Of a stretch of DNA of 64,000 nucleotides, positions 34,704 to 47,710 are shown in pieces. The position numbers and the translations under genes are program-made. The notes below the pieces were generated by a model that ran no database searches, had not been told where the DNA came from, and was given only the letters and a program-made list of their open reading frames with translations. Source of the DNA: Squalus acanthias (lineage: Eukaryota); NCBI GenBank assembly GCA_030390025.1, contig CM059432.1, positions 14,758,001 through 14,822,000 of the forward strand. Reading direction: 5' to 3'. The stretch's first letter is position 1; each line of letters begins with the position of its first letter.

Positions 34704-37700
34704 GAACATAAGAACATAAGAAAATAAGGCCCCTCGAGCCTGCTCCGCCATTCAATAAGATCATGGCTGATCTGATCTTGGCCTCAACTCCACTTTTCTG
34801 CCTGTTCCCCATAACCCTTGACCCCCCTGTAGTTCAAAAATCTGTCTATCTCAGCCTTGAATATATTCAATGTCTCAGCCTCCACAGCTCTCTGGGGTAG
34901 AGAATTCCAAAGATTCACGACCCTCTGAGAGAAAAAATTCCTCTTCATCTCCGTCTTAAATGGACGACCCCTTATTCTGAAACTATGCCCCCTAGTTCTA
35001 GATTCCCCCACGAGGGGAAACATCCTCTCAGCACCTACCCTGTCAAGCCCTCTCAGAATCTTATATGTTTCAATAAGATCACCTCTCATTCTTCTAAACT
35101 CCAATGAGTAAAGGCCCAACCTGCTCAACCTTTCCTCATAAGACAACACCTTCATCCCAGGAATCAACCTAGTGAACCTTCTCTGAACTGCCTCCAATGC
35201 AAGTATATCCTTCCTTAAAAAAGGAGACCAAAACTGTACGCAGTACTCCAGGTGTAGCAAGACTTTCCTACTTTTATACTCCATCCCCCTTGCAATACAG
35301 GCCAACATTCCATTGCCTCCCTAATTACTTGCTGTACCTGCATGCTAACTTTGTGTTTCATGTACGAGGACACCCAGATCCCTCTGTACCGCAGCATTCT
35401 GTAGTCTCTCTCCATTTAAATAATATTTTGCTTTTCTATTCTTCCTACCAAAGTGGATAACTTCACATTTTCCCACATTATACTCCATCTGCCAAATTTT
35501 TGCCCACTCACTTAACCTTGGGGGTGATTTTGCCAATGGGGAGCTTTTGGAGGCGGGACTCCCACTTGTCAAGTTTCAGTCCCGCCTCCATCAACTTCTG
35601 GCCAACCCACGCTATTTTCCCTTGATTGACCTTGTTAAGCCCGCCCAGCGTGCTGAGCAGGCCAATTAAGGGAAAGCCGGTTGCAGAGAACGTCAACGTA
35701 TGATGTTTCATCTGTCAAAATTGTCATCGTTTCACAGCTCTGTGAAGCTGTCAAACAGTGACATTCTCTGTAGTTTGATGAGGTCTTGAATTCAAGACCT
35801 CATCAAACCTCTTTCTTTTGCAGAAATTAGATGGTTGTTGCATTGGAGAATGCAACGGCCATCTGTCATCTCTGCCGCGGAGGTGTGAGACTCTCCGCAT
35901 ACCCACCGACTGAAGCCTGCAGGAAGAAACAAAGGTAAGTACACTTTTTCTAACACTTTGCACTTACCTCAGATACTCACCTCTCCACACTTGCACCCAT
36001 CACTCACCTCCACAGCGCACTTTTGGACCCCTCCGACCCCCGCAGACCCCTTACTTGCCTCGCTGACCTGGCGGGTTTCGGAGCCTTCGGGAAGCCCGCA
36101 CTTGAGGGCAAAAAGGGGATAATCCTATTTTCTGTCTGTTCACTACCTGTTAACAGGCAGTTAATTGGCTTTAATCCCTTCCCGCCTCCAAGGAGACGGG
36201 ACCCGGCGCGGGACGGCTACTCGCCTCCTGGCAAGATGGCATGGAGGCGGGTTGGGCACCAGCCCCCAAATTCTGCCATTTTCCCGGCAGTCCCGCCTCC
36301 AAACCCGCCTCCCCAGGGCTGGCAAAATCGCCCCCTTTGTGTCCTCCTCACAACTTGCTTTCTCACTTATCTTTGTATCCTCAGCAAATTTGGCTACAGT
36401 ACACTCGGTCCCTTCATCCAAGTCATTAATATAGATTGGAAATAGTTGAGGTCCCAGCGCTGATCCCTGTGGCACCCCACTAGTTACAGTTTGCCAACCT
36501 GAAAATGACCATTTATCCCGACTCTCTGTTTTCTGTTAGTTAGCCAATCCTCTATCCATGCTAATATATTACCCCCAATACCATGAGCTCTTATCTTGTG
36601 CAGTAACCTTTTATGTGGCACCTTATCAAATGCCTTTTAGAAATCCAAATACGCGACATCTACTGGTTCTCCTTTATCCACCCTGCTCGTTACATCCTCA
36701 AAGAACTCAATAAATTTGTCAAACACGATTTCCCTTTCATAAAACGATGTTGACTCTGCTTGATTGTATTATGATTTTCTAAATGTTCTGCTACTACTTC
36801 CTTAATAATGGATTCCAGCATTTTCCCAATGACAGATGTTAGGCTAACTGGCCTCTAGTTTCCTGCATTCTGATTCCCTCCTTTCTTGAATATGGGCTGG
36901 GACATTTCCGGAGTCTAGGGAATTTTGGAAGATTACAACCAATGCATCCACTATCCCTGCAGCCACTTCTTTTAAGACCCTAGGATGCAGGCCATCAGGT
37001 CCACGGGGAGTTTTCAGCCTTCAGTCCCATTAGTTTGCCTAGTACTTTTTCTCTAGCGATAGTGATTGTTTTATGTTCCTCCCTCCCTTTTGCCCCTTGA
37101 TTTTCCACTATTATTGGGATGCTTTTAGTGTCTTCTACCATGAAGACAGATACAAAATATTTGTTCAAAGTCTCTGCCATTTCCTTGTTTCCCATTATTA
37201 ATTCCCCAGTCTCATCCTCTAAGGGACCAACATTTACTTTAGCTACTCTCTTCCTTTTTATATACTTGTAGAAGCTCTTACTGTCTGTCTTTATATTTCT
37301 TGCTGGTTTACTCTCATAATCTATTTTCTCCCTCTTTATTTTTTTTAGTCATCCTTTGCAAGTTTCTAAAAATTTCCCAATCTTCTGGCCTACCACTAAT
37401 TTTCACAACATTGTATGCCTTTTCTTTCAATTTGATACCCTCCTTAAATTCCTTAGTAAGCCATGGATAGTTCATCCTTCTCATAGAGTCTTTCTTTCTC
37501 ACTAGAATGTATCTTTGTTGAGAGTTATGAAATATCTCCTTAAACGTCTGCCACTGCTTATCTAATGTCTTACCTTTTAATCTATTTTCCCAGTCCACTT
37601 TAGCCAACTCTGTCTTCATACACTTGCATTTGCCTTTATTTAAGGTTAAGATACTAGTTTCAGACCCACGTTTCTCACTCTCAAACTGAATGTGAAATTC

Positions 37701-37912
37701 CAACATGTTATGATCACTCTTCCCTAGAGGATCCTTTACTATGAGATCATCAATTAATCCTGTCTCATTACACATTGCCAGATCTAAAATAGCCTGTTCT
37801 CTGGTTGGTTCCACAATGTATTCTTCTGAAAAACTGTCCTGAATACGCTCTATGAACTCATTCTCAAGGCTACCTTTGCCAATTTGATTTGTCCAATCTC
37901 TATGAAGATTAA
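34704..37912 (-). mobile_element. Long degenerate CR1 (end of EN through RT) interrupted by a MITE
   Basis: ORF pieces 37314-37964 (SDHNM), 36995-37195, 36161-36475 (PQGS..FAED) and 34784-35308. Confidence 0.92.
35520..36335. mobile_element. Harbinger-type MITE inserted in a CR1
   Basis: TIR gggggtgattttgcca / tggcaaaatcgccccc; subterminal ggaggcgggact / agtcccgcctcc; probable CTT TSD with 1-bp ambiguity. Confidence 0.85.
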
Positions 37913-38243
37913 GTGCAGAGGCAGCAAGGGAGAGCATGACAAGAGAGAATACGAGAGAAGACAAAAAAACAATTAGGAACTATGAAATTAAATTATCAAG
38001 GAACATAAAACAAAATAGTAAAATATTTTATAGGCACATAAATAAAAAAAGGAAGGTCGGGATGGGAATAGGGCCACGAAGGGATGGACAGGATAATACC
38101 ACAGGCAACGACAGAGAGATGGCAGAGATATTAAATAATTACTTTGCTTCAGTATTTACCAGGGAAATAGAACAGGTGGAGATGGCATCGGATGATGAGA
38201 TTAGTAATGAGAAAATGCATTTAAAGTAAAATGAGGAGATATA

Positions 38244-38609
38244 GGGGGAAAAATTCAGTATCACCCCATTTGGGGCGCAATTATCGGCCGGGCGCAAAGA
38301 TTAGCGCCTGGCGCTAATTATCGCCTCCGACTGCAAACTTGGCTTTTATCGCCCCTGGAGGTGATTGGAGCGCTAAATCAGGCGCTTCACACCTGTCTTA
38401 AGGCGCAAAGGCCGAGGAGCGAGGCACTACCTCAGAGCGCTGGCAAAGCTCATGTGATGTCAGTCAGCAATGGAACAGAGACAAAATGGCGCCGGCCAGT
38501 TCTTAAAGGGGAGGGTTGATCTTGCTCTCCATCCACATCCTGCTCATTGCAGCCGTGAATCTCGGCCTGGAGAGACCTGTACATCAAATCTGCAGGAAAG
38601 AACAATGGA
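38244..38609 (+). mobile_element. Left arm of the Harbinger MITE family seen intact at 61749-62640
   Basis: Colinear with 61749-62114 up to gaaagaacaatgga. Confidence 0.9.
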
Positions 38610-40347
38610 AAATCCCAAGGCTTTTTACTCTTATGTGAGAAATAAAAGAATGACCAGGGTGAGGGTAGGGCCGGTCAAGGACAGTAGTGGGAACTTGTGC
38701 ATGGAGTCAGAAGAGATAGGAGAGGTGATAAATGAATACTTTTCGTCAGTGTTCACCGAGGAGAGGGGCCATGTTCTTGAGGATGAGAGTGTGATAAAGG
38801 TGGATAGGCTGGAGGTGGTAGATGTTCTGAGGGAAGATGTTTTAGCAATTTTGAAGAACCTGAGGGTCGATAAGTCCCCTGGGCCAGATGGGATATATCC
38901 TAGGATTCTTTGGGAGGCAAGGGAGGAGATTGCAGAGCCTCTGGCTTTGATCTTTGGGTCCTCACTGTCCACGGGGATGGTGCCAGAGGACTGGAGAGTG
39001 GCGAATGTTGTTCCTCTCTTCAAGAAAGGAAATAGGAATGACCCTGGTAATTATAGGCCGGTTAGTCTTACTTCGGTGGTTGGTAAGATAATGGAAAAGG
39101 TCCTGAGGGATAGGATTTATGACCATTTGGAAAGGGGCAACTTAATCAGGGATAGTCAACACGGATTCGTGAAGGGTAAGTCTTGCCTAACAAATTTGAT
39201 TGAATTCTTTGAGGAGGTAACTAAGTGTGTAGATGAAGGTAGAGCAGTTGATGTCGTATACATGGATTTTAGTAAGGCGTTTGATAAGGTTCCCCATGGT
39301 CGTCTCATGAAGAAAGTAAGGAGTTGTGGGATAGAGGGAAATTTGGCCGATTGGATAAGTAACTGGCTAACTCATAGAAGGCAGAGGGTGGTGGTGGATG
39401 GAACATTTTCGGACTGGAGACCAGTTACCAGCGGTGTGCCACAGGGGTCGGTGCTGGGTCCTCTGCTGTTTGTGATTTTTATCAATGACTTGGAGGAGGG
39501 GACTGAAGGGTGGATCAGTAAATTTGCTGATGACACCAAGATTGGTGGAGTAGTGGATGAGGTGGAGGGCAGTTGTAGGCTGCAAAGAGACATTGATAGG
39601 ATGCAGAGCTGGGCCGAAAAATGGCAGATGGAATTTAACCCTGATAAGTGCGAGGTGATTCATTTTGGTAGGGCAAATTTGAATAAGGATTACAGGGTCA
39701 ACGGCAGGGTTCTGAGGAACGTGGAGGAGCAGAGGGATCTGGGGGTTCATATCCACAGATCTCTGAAGGTTGCCACTCAAGTGGATAGAGCAGTAAAGAA
39801 GGCCTATGGTGTGTTAGCGTTTATTAACAGAGGGTTTGAGTTTAAGAACCGTGAGGTTATGCTGCAACTGTACAGGACCTTGGTGAGACCACATTTGGAA
39901 TATTGTGTGCAGTTCTGGTCACCTCACTATGGGAAGGACGTAGAAGCATTGGAAAGAGTGCAAAGGAGATTTACCAGGATGCTGCCTGGTTTGGGGGGGA
40001 GGTCTTATGAGGAAAGATTGAGGGAGTTGGGGCTTTTCTCTTTAGAGCGGAGGAGGATGAGAGGCGACTTAATAGAGGTTTATAAGATGATGAGGGGGAT
40101 AGATAGAGTGGATGTTCAGAGACTATTTCCTCGGGTAGAGGCAGCTGTTACAAGGGGGCATAACTATAAGGTGCATGGGGGGAGATATAGAAGGGATTTC
40201 CGAGGTAGATTCTTTACTCAGAGAGTGGTTGGGGTGTGGAATGGACTGCCTGCTGTGATAGTGGAGTCGGACACTTTAGGAACTTTCAAGCGGTTATTGG
40301 ATAAGCACATGGAGCACACCAGAGTGATAGGGAGTGTGATAGCTTGA
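38605..40347 (+). mobile_element. 5'-truncated CR1 with an open RT frame (580 aa from ATG 38605); 3' UTR absent
   Basis: DKSPGPD, YRPVSL, QHGF, DFSKAFD, FADD, FFTQRVV; part of ORF 38470-40347. Confidence 0.93.
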
Positions 40348-41577
40348 TCTAGAGGGATAGAATTGAAAAGTAGTGAATTTATGCTAAACTTGTATCGAAC
40401 CTCGGTTAGACCACACTTAGAGTACAATTCTGGTCCCCATACTATAAAAAGCATATAGAGGCACTGGAGAGGGGCAGAGAAGATTTACAAGGATGATACC
40501 AGAAATGCGAGGGTATACATATCAGGAAAGGATGAACAGGCTGGGTCTCTTTTCTCTTGAAAAAAGGCTGAGGGGTGACCTAATAGAGGTCTTTAAAATC
40601 ATGAAAGGTTTTGATAGAGTGGATACAGAGACAGTGTTTTCACTTGTGGGGAAGAGCAAAACTAGAGGCCATCAATATAAGATAGTCACCAAGAAATCAA
40701 CTAGGGAATTCAGAAGAAACTTCTTTACCCAGAGAGTGGTGAGAATGTGGAACTCGCTACCACAGGGAGTGGTTGAAGCGAATAGTATAGATGCTTTTAA
40801 GGGGCGGTTAGATAAGCATATGAGGGAGAAGGGAGTAGAGTGTTATGCTGATAGATTTAGATGAGGAAAGACGGGAGGAGGCTCGGGTGGAGCAGAAACA
40901 CCGGCATGGACTGGTTGGGTTGAATAGCCTGTTTCTTTGCTGTATATCCTATGTAAAAGGGCAACCGTAGCAGAAAAGGAGCACTTTTTTTTAAAAAACA
41001 TACCCTGCTCTCTTGCCCTTTAGAATTGCTGGAATAGTGATTGCATCAACTCCCCAGCCTGTGGAATTTGTGTTGAAACTATGGCTAGAGAAGGCAGCCT
41101 GAACTGATAGGTTACAGTGCTGATATTAAAAATTGCATGCAGGGAGGATTCTACTTTTAGACATGTATCAGTACTTAGAGTTAAAGGTCAGTTCTTTTTA
41201 CGCATTTCAGCAGATCCGGCAAAATAAATGTTTCCGGTTAATGAATATCAATGCCGCTGTATGCCAGTGATTACCTAACTCTAAAAGTTCTACTGTGCAC
41301 TTTGCAATGTTCCTTCCATTGTAAGGAAAGAGCAGTACTTGCTGTTCTCTGCATGCGTTTATTGACTAGATTGAGACAAAAAAAATGCAAGTATTGTTGG
41401 CTACATTGCTGAATATTCTGACCTTGAGCTGAAAATGATTTTAGAAAAGGTAACGTGAATGAAGGTTTGATTATAATGTTGAAAGTCAGCGTCTGTAATG
41501 TTGTGCGTATTAACCTCAGCTCTATGTGGGTGAATATCTGCATTGGCTCCTCTGCTCCCCCGAGTTGCTGAAACCCC

Positions 41578-41895
41578 AGAATAGAATCATAGAATGGTAC
41601 AGCACAGAAGGAGGCCATTCGGCCCATTGTGCCTGTGTCGGCTCTTTTAAAGAGCTATCCAATGAGTACCACTCTCCTGCTCGTTCCCCCCATAGCCCTG
41701 TAAATGTTTCCCCTTCAAGTATTTATCCAGTTCCCCATTGAAAGTTATTATTGACTCTGCTTCCACCACCCTTTCAGGCAGCGCATTCCCGATCATAACA
41801 ACTCGCTGCGTAAAAAAAAAATTCTCCTTATCTCACCGCTGGTTCTTCTGCCAATTATCTTAAATCTGTGTCCTTTGGACTCTTCTGCCACTGCG
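41578..41895 (-). mobile_element. CR1 3' end
   Basis: (catagaat) tail; colinear with 2236-2540. Confidence 0.85.
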
Positions 41896-42185
41896 TAAAC
41901 ACAGTGAATGAAAGGGAGAAACCCCCACATAAATTCACCCCCTATATATCATGCACACGTGAACAGACAGTAAAACCAATAAATCTTTCCCACAAAAATT
42001 AGACTTTGGAATGTAAAATGCAGACTGAAAGATTAGTAGAGGATTGGGTGGTGCAGTGTGTTAGCACCCTAGCCTTTCAATCAAGGACATGGGTTCGAAT
42101 ACAGACTCAACCGAGATAAACTCTTCCATATTAAGGGTATATGAAATGAGTTTGCACAGTCATTCATTCATTCCCTAACAGACAT

Positions 42186-43676
42186 GGGGGGGGGGGGGTA
42201 ATTCAGTTGGTTAGCGCCTCACATTAGCGTCTGCAGAGGCGGTAACAGGGCGCTGATGCAGTAGCGCCGGGGCGAGGTAAATTCAGCAGCGCACGGCAAA
42301 TCCAGAACCCCCGTTGCACCGCCGGGGACTTCAACGGCAAGCAGATCGTGACGTCAGTGAGCGTGCAACGTTCACTGGGCACCCGATCTGCAAAATTGAT
42401 TTTCGCCACTTACCTTTGCACCTCGGCCATACAGCGACAGGGAGAGCAGGCGCACAGCTGCAGGATTCCGGCTCCAGGGACGTTATTTAAAGGCATCCAC
42501 ATTAATCACTCGCAGCTGTCAGGGCAGGTTAGTTTCAGTAGTTTCTTGTCAGTTTCAGCTAGTGGATCACTTTGTATGAGTAATTTCAATCTTCTTTTCT
42601 ATCAGCAGTGTTCTGGCAAGTGCAAAGTGCCCACATTTATTGTTCAAAGATTCAAACTGCTACACTTGGCAACATTAATGGGGGCTGTACTGGAATGCCA
42701 CCTCGCCCTCCAGGATCTATGGCGGAGGGAGCGTAGGCAGTGAGAAATATGGGAACAGGTGCTCAGGCAGGGCTCACACCAGTCGGGCTTACCCTCCGAG
42801 GGTATTCCGACAGCACTTCTCCTACCTTCAATTAAGTGAGGAGCAGTGTATTAGGCGGCTCCACATCACCAAGGTGGTGGTTACAGAACTCTGCCACCTC
42901 CTCCAAACAGACCTCCAATCTCACAGCAGGATGACTTAAACCCCCGATCCCTTTTGTTCACCACATGCCCATCGTACCATCCCTGTGTCATGCTATATCA
43001 CAGCGTCCTCCTGGGCGCAAAAGGTGAAATGAGAGAGACCACAAAATATTGCAAACTCCATTAATAAATGTATGCATAAACATATCACACTCATTCTAAT
43101 AACTGATGACCCTTGCACCTGCCATAGTGAATAGCTGTCATTGTGTGCAAGGCGTGAGATGTGGGTGTGAGTGTTGGTAGGTAGAGATTGTTGGTGGGTG
43201 AGCGCTGGGGGTGTGGTGCTTTGGGCAGTGTGTGAAGCTTGTGGTACAGTTGGTGGTATGCAGCATTTGTTGAAGCATTCAATCATTCTGACCACCTGAC
43301 TGAGGTGGATCTGCCATGAGCACACCTGCTTCAGTCCTCCGGCTCCTTCTCCTTGTTGTGCTTCTCCTTGCTGAGGCAGCTGCACAGCCAGCAATGCTGA
43401 GAATGAGGTGCTGCAATATCAATGAACCTCCCCTTTAAGTACTGGGAAAAGCCTGTGGCAATGATGAGTTGAGATTAGGTTGCACCCAATATTGGTCCAC
43501 CCTTTGAGTGTAACCCCACTGAGCTAGGCCTTTAAGACTTGATTTAGCGCCCCAATCATTTCTATGAGCAGTGAGAATGAATTTTGCGTGCAGTCTAAAG
43601 CATTAGCGCCTGGCGCTAATTCTCAAACTTTTCTAAAGATACCGCCGATTCCTGGGCTATAATGAATTTCTAGCCC
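42186..43676 (+). mobile_element. Internally deleted PIF/Harbinger transposon with a transposase remnant
   Basis: Termini ggggggtaattcagttgg and gaatttctagccc; catgg at both junctions; 42790-42930 translates to YPPRVFRQHFSYLQLSEEQCIRRLHITKVVVTELCHLLQTDLQ, like a HARBI1-type N-terminus. Confidence 0.8.
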
Positions 43677-44762
43677 ATGGTCTCACGAGGCAAATTTAGG
43701 ACTGATATCAGGAAGTTCTTTACACAAAAGAGTGATCAACTCATGGAATAGACTTCCAGATAGAGTACTTTTGGTGTAAACCCTGGAATCATTTAGGAAA
43801 CAATTGGATTCTGCAGTGGCGTAGGGAACTGTATGGCCTTTCTGGACGGATGAATTTAGAATGGCTAAATGGCCTTCTTCACCTGCATTTATTTTGTGAT
43901 CTTGCGATTTTCCTTTATTTGAAACAAGTTATAAATAATGTGCAGGTTTTCTTTGTTCACTGCTCCCAAACAATTATGGTTTTCGTGCTACTTCACACGA
44001 AGGGGCGATCAACACAATTGACTGCACTTTGTCTTTTCATTCTAAGTCATCACTTATTCACACTTTACAAACTTTGCAAAGGCTGAAAAATTGTCTAAAG
44101 CATTACTGAGCCTTTAAAACATTTCAGCGTTTTTCATCAGCCTATTTGAAACCACCTACCTTTACTTTCGAGCAGCAACCTTCGCAGGGCTGCAGGTTTG
44201 CAAGACTTTATAGGGTCCCTCCATTTCACTCCTTGTGCAAGGCTCAACCTACACAGGGAGCGTATTTAGGAGTGAGCAGGAAAGTGGGATTAGACTAGAG
44301 GCCTCATGTGAAGAAAATCACTGGCGCAGACTTGCAGGCTGGAATGGCCCAGTTCTGTGCTGTGATATTCTATGATTTTATGATAACTGATATTGCTTGA
44401 CGTGCATTATATTATGAGCACTGTTATGTTAATAGAAAGATATCCCTTCCTATTTAGGCATGCCATGGATTGCTAGCCTGTGCATAAATGACTACATGTG
44501 TAAAGACGGCAATATCCTGCACCTTTCGGATGTAAGCAATCTGGTAAAATTACTGGTTGTCTCTGTTGAAGTGTATATAGTGGGTATGCAGTGAAACAGT
44601 GCTTCAATTACCCCCTTAACATAACGGAGGATAGCACAGTGACAAACTGCAGGGGAGTCCATGTGGGTGTCTGGAAAAATCATGTCGCTTAAAATTTGAA
44701 TGCAGTGGACCATCTTCACTCTCACTGGTAGAGCAGTGCTGATTGAGCGGCTGTCCCTGCAT

Positions 44763-47710
44763 CAACAACAACAACTTGTATTTATATAGCGCCTTTAACG
44801 TAGTAAAACGTCCCAAGGCGCTTCACAGGAGCGTCATAAGATAAAAAATTTGACACCGAGCCATATAAGGAGAAATTAGGGCAGATGACCAAAAGCTTGG
44901 TCAAAGAGGTAGGTTTTAAGGAGCGTCTTAAAGGAGGAAAGAGAGGTAGCGAGGCGGAGAGGTTTAGGCAGGGAATTCCAGAGCTTAGGGCCTAGGCAAG
45001 AGAAGGCACGGCCACCAAAGGTTGAGCGATTATAATCAGGGATCCTCAAGAGGGCAGAATTAGAGGAGCGCAGATATCTCAAGGGGTTGTGGGGCTGGAG
45101 GAGATTACAGAGATATGGAAGGGCAAGGCCATGGAGGGATTTGAAAACAAGGATGAGAATTTTGAAATCGAGGCATTGCTTAACCGGGAGCTAATGTAGG
45201 TCAGCGAGCACAGGGGTGATGGGCGAACGGGACTTGGTGGGAGTTAGGACACAGGCAGCCGAGTGTAGGATGACCTCAAGTTTACGAAGAGTAGAACGTG
45301 GGAGGCCCCATGGATGAGGGTTTCAGCAGCGGTGGAGCTGAGGCAAGGGCAGAGACAGGCGATGTTACGGAGGTGGAAATAGGTGGTCTTAGTTATAACG
45401 CGGATATGTGGTCGGAAGCTCATTTCATAGGATTACATAGGATATACGGCACAGGAACAGGCCATTCGGCCCAACCAGTCCATGCCAGCGTTTATGCTCC
45501 ATTCGAGCCTCCTCCCGTATTTCCTCATCTAACTCTATCAGCATAACCTTCTATTCCCTTCTCCCTCATATGCTTGTCTAGCCTCCCCTTAAATCCATCT
45601 ATACTATTTGCCTCAACTACTCCCTGTGTTAGCGAGTTCCACATTCTCACCACTCTCTGGGGAAAGAAGTTTCTTCTGAATCCAATATTTGATATCTTGG
45701 TGACTATCTTATATTGGTGGCCTCTAGTTATGCTTTTCCCCACAAGTGGAAACATGCTCTATATTCACTCGATCAAAACGTTTCATGATTTCTATTAGGT
45801 TACTCCTCAGCCTTCTTTTTTCAAGAGAAAAGAGACCCAGCCTGTTCATCCTTTCCTGATAGGTATACCTTCGCATTTCTGGTATCATCCTTGTAAATCT
45901 TCTCTGCACCCTCTCCAGTGCCTCTATATTCTTTTTATAATATGGCGACCAGAACTGTACGCAGTACTCCACGTGTGGTCTAACCAAGGTTCGATACAAG
46001 TTTAGCATAACTTCACTACTTTTCAATTCTATCCCTCTAGAAATAAACCCTAGTGCTTGGTTTGCTTTTTTATGGCCTTGTTAACCTGTATCGCTACTTT
46101 TAGTGATTTGTGTATTTGTACTCCGAGATCCCTTTGCTCCTCTACCCCACCCAGACTTGCACCCTCCAAGTAATAAGTGACTTCCCTATTCTTCCTACCA
46201 AAATGTAATACTTCACATTTATCTGTGTTAAATTTTATTTGCCAATTATTTGCCCATTCTGCAAGTTTATTAATGTCTTCCTGTGATTTGTTGCAGTCCT
46301 CCTCAGTATTGACTGTCACCCCACCCCCAATTTGGTGTCATCCGCAAATTTAGAAATTGTGTTTTTGATTCCAAAGTCTAAATTGTGAACAGCAGTGGTC
46401 CCAGCACTGATCTTTGTGGAACACCACTACCCACCTTCTGCCACTGTGAATAGCTACCCTTTACTCCCACTCTCTGCTTTCTGTCTTGAAGCCAGCTAGC
46501 AATCCATTCTGCTACTTGTCCCCAGACTCTGCATTCTCTGACCTTATTCATTAGTCGATTATGTGGTACCTTATCGAAGGCCTTTTGAAAATCTAGATAA
46601 ATTACATGTACTGCATTACCCTGGTCTATTCTCTCTGGTACCTCTTCAAAAAATTCAATGAGGTTGGTCAAGCAAGACTTTCCCTTTTGAAATCCATGCT
46701 GACTATTCATTATTATATTTTTGGCTTCTAGATGTTCTTCTATTTTCTCCTTTAGTAGGGATTCCATTATTTTTCGTACCACTGATGTTAAGCTGACTGG
46801 TTTATAATTCCCTGGACATCTTCTATCCCCCTTCTTAAATTTTGGTATTATGTTAGCTATCCGCCAGTCATCTGGCACTACAGCTTTTTCTAATGAATTA
46901 TTAAATATGTATAGTAATACCTCTGCTATCTTTTCCCTAGATTCTTTTAAAATGCCTGGATGTAATCCATCCAGACCAGGGGTTTATTCCTCTTTGAGTT
47001 TGATTAGTTTATTTAATATATCCCCTCTTTTTATTTTAAATTCAGTTATTTCTTTACTAATCAATCATCTAATGCCATGTTCACCTGTTCTATCTCCCTG
47101 GTAAATACTGAGGCAAAGTAATTATAGTAAATTAAAGTAATTTCAGGGTCAAATATGATACCAAGGTTGCGAACAGTGTGGTTCAGCTTCAGACAGATGT
47201 TAGGGAGAGGGACGGAGTCAGTGGCTAGGGAATGGAGTTTGTGGCGGGGACCGAAAACAATGGCTTCGGTCTTCCCAATATTTAATTGGAGCAAATTTCT
47301 GCTCATTCAGAACTGGATGTCGGATAAGCAGTCTGACAATTTAGAGACAGTGGAGGGGTCGAGAGAAGTGATGGTGAGGTAGAGCTGGATGTAAATCAGT
47401 GTAGATGTGGAAACTGATGCTGTGTTTTCGGATGATGTCACCAAGTCGCAGCATGTAGATGAGAAATAGGAGGGGGCCAAGGATAGATCCTTGGAGGACA
47501 CCAGAGGTAACAATGCGGGAGTGGGAAGAGAAGTCATTGCAGGTGATTCTCTGACTACGATTAGAAAGATAAGAATGGAACCAGGTGAGTGCAGTCCCAC
47601 CCAGCTGGACAACGGTGGAAAGGCATTGGAGGAGGATAGTGTTGTAAACCATGTCAAAGGCTGCAGACAAGTCAAGAAGGACGAGGAGGAATAGTTTACC
47701 TTTGTCACAA
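44763..47710 (-). mobile_element. L2 LINE (44763-45427 and 47140-47710) hosting a CR1
   Basis: (caa)n tail, GGRAFSCLGPKLWNSLP, LQLNIGKTEAIVFG, SAAFDMV..QGSILGPLLF. Confidence 0.92.
45428..47125 (-). mobile_element. CR1 RT half inserted in L2
   Basis: ORFs 46378-46878, 46050-46319 and 45724-46026; TSD atttca at 45422-45427 and 47140-47145. Confidence 0.92.

Larger units (their letters stand above)
37914..40955 (+). mobile_element. CR1 host pieces (37914-38240 and 40346-40955), same subfamily as 45428-47125; middle missing
   Basis: ILNNYFASVFTREIEQV on the left; MIPEMRGYTYQERMNRLG on the right; atcctatgtaa tail. Confidence 0.8.

Noticed and set aside
34323..34812. Repetitive Pro/Ser-rich ORFs and a CRISPR-like look
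   Set aside because: Translations of a 37-bp minisatellite; no unique spacers or cas genes, and the context is eukaryotic.
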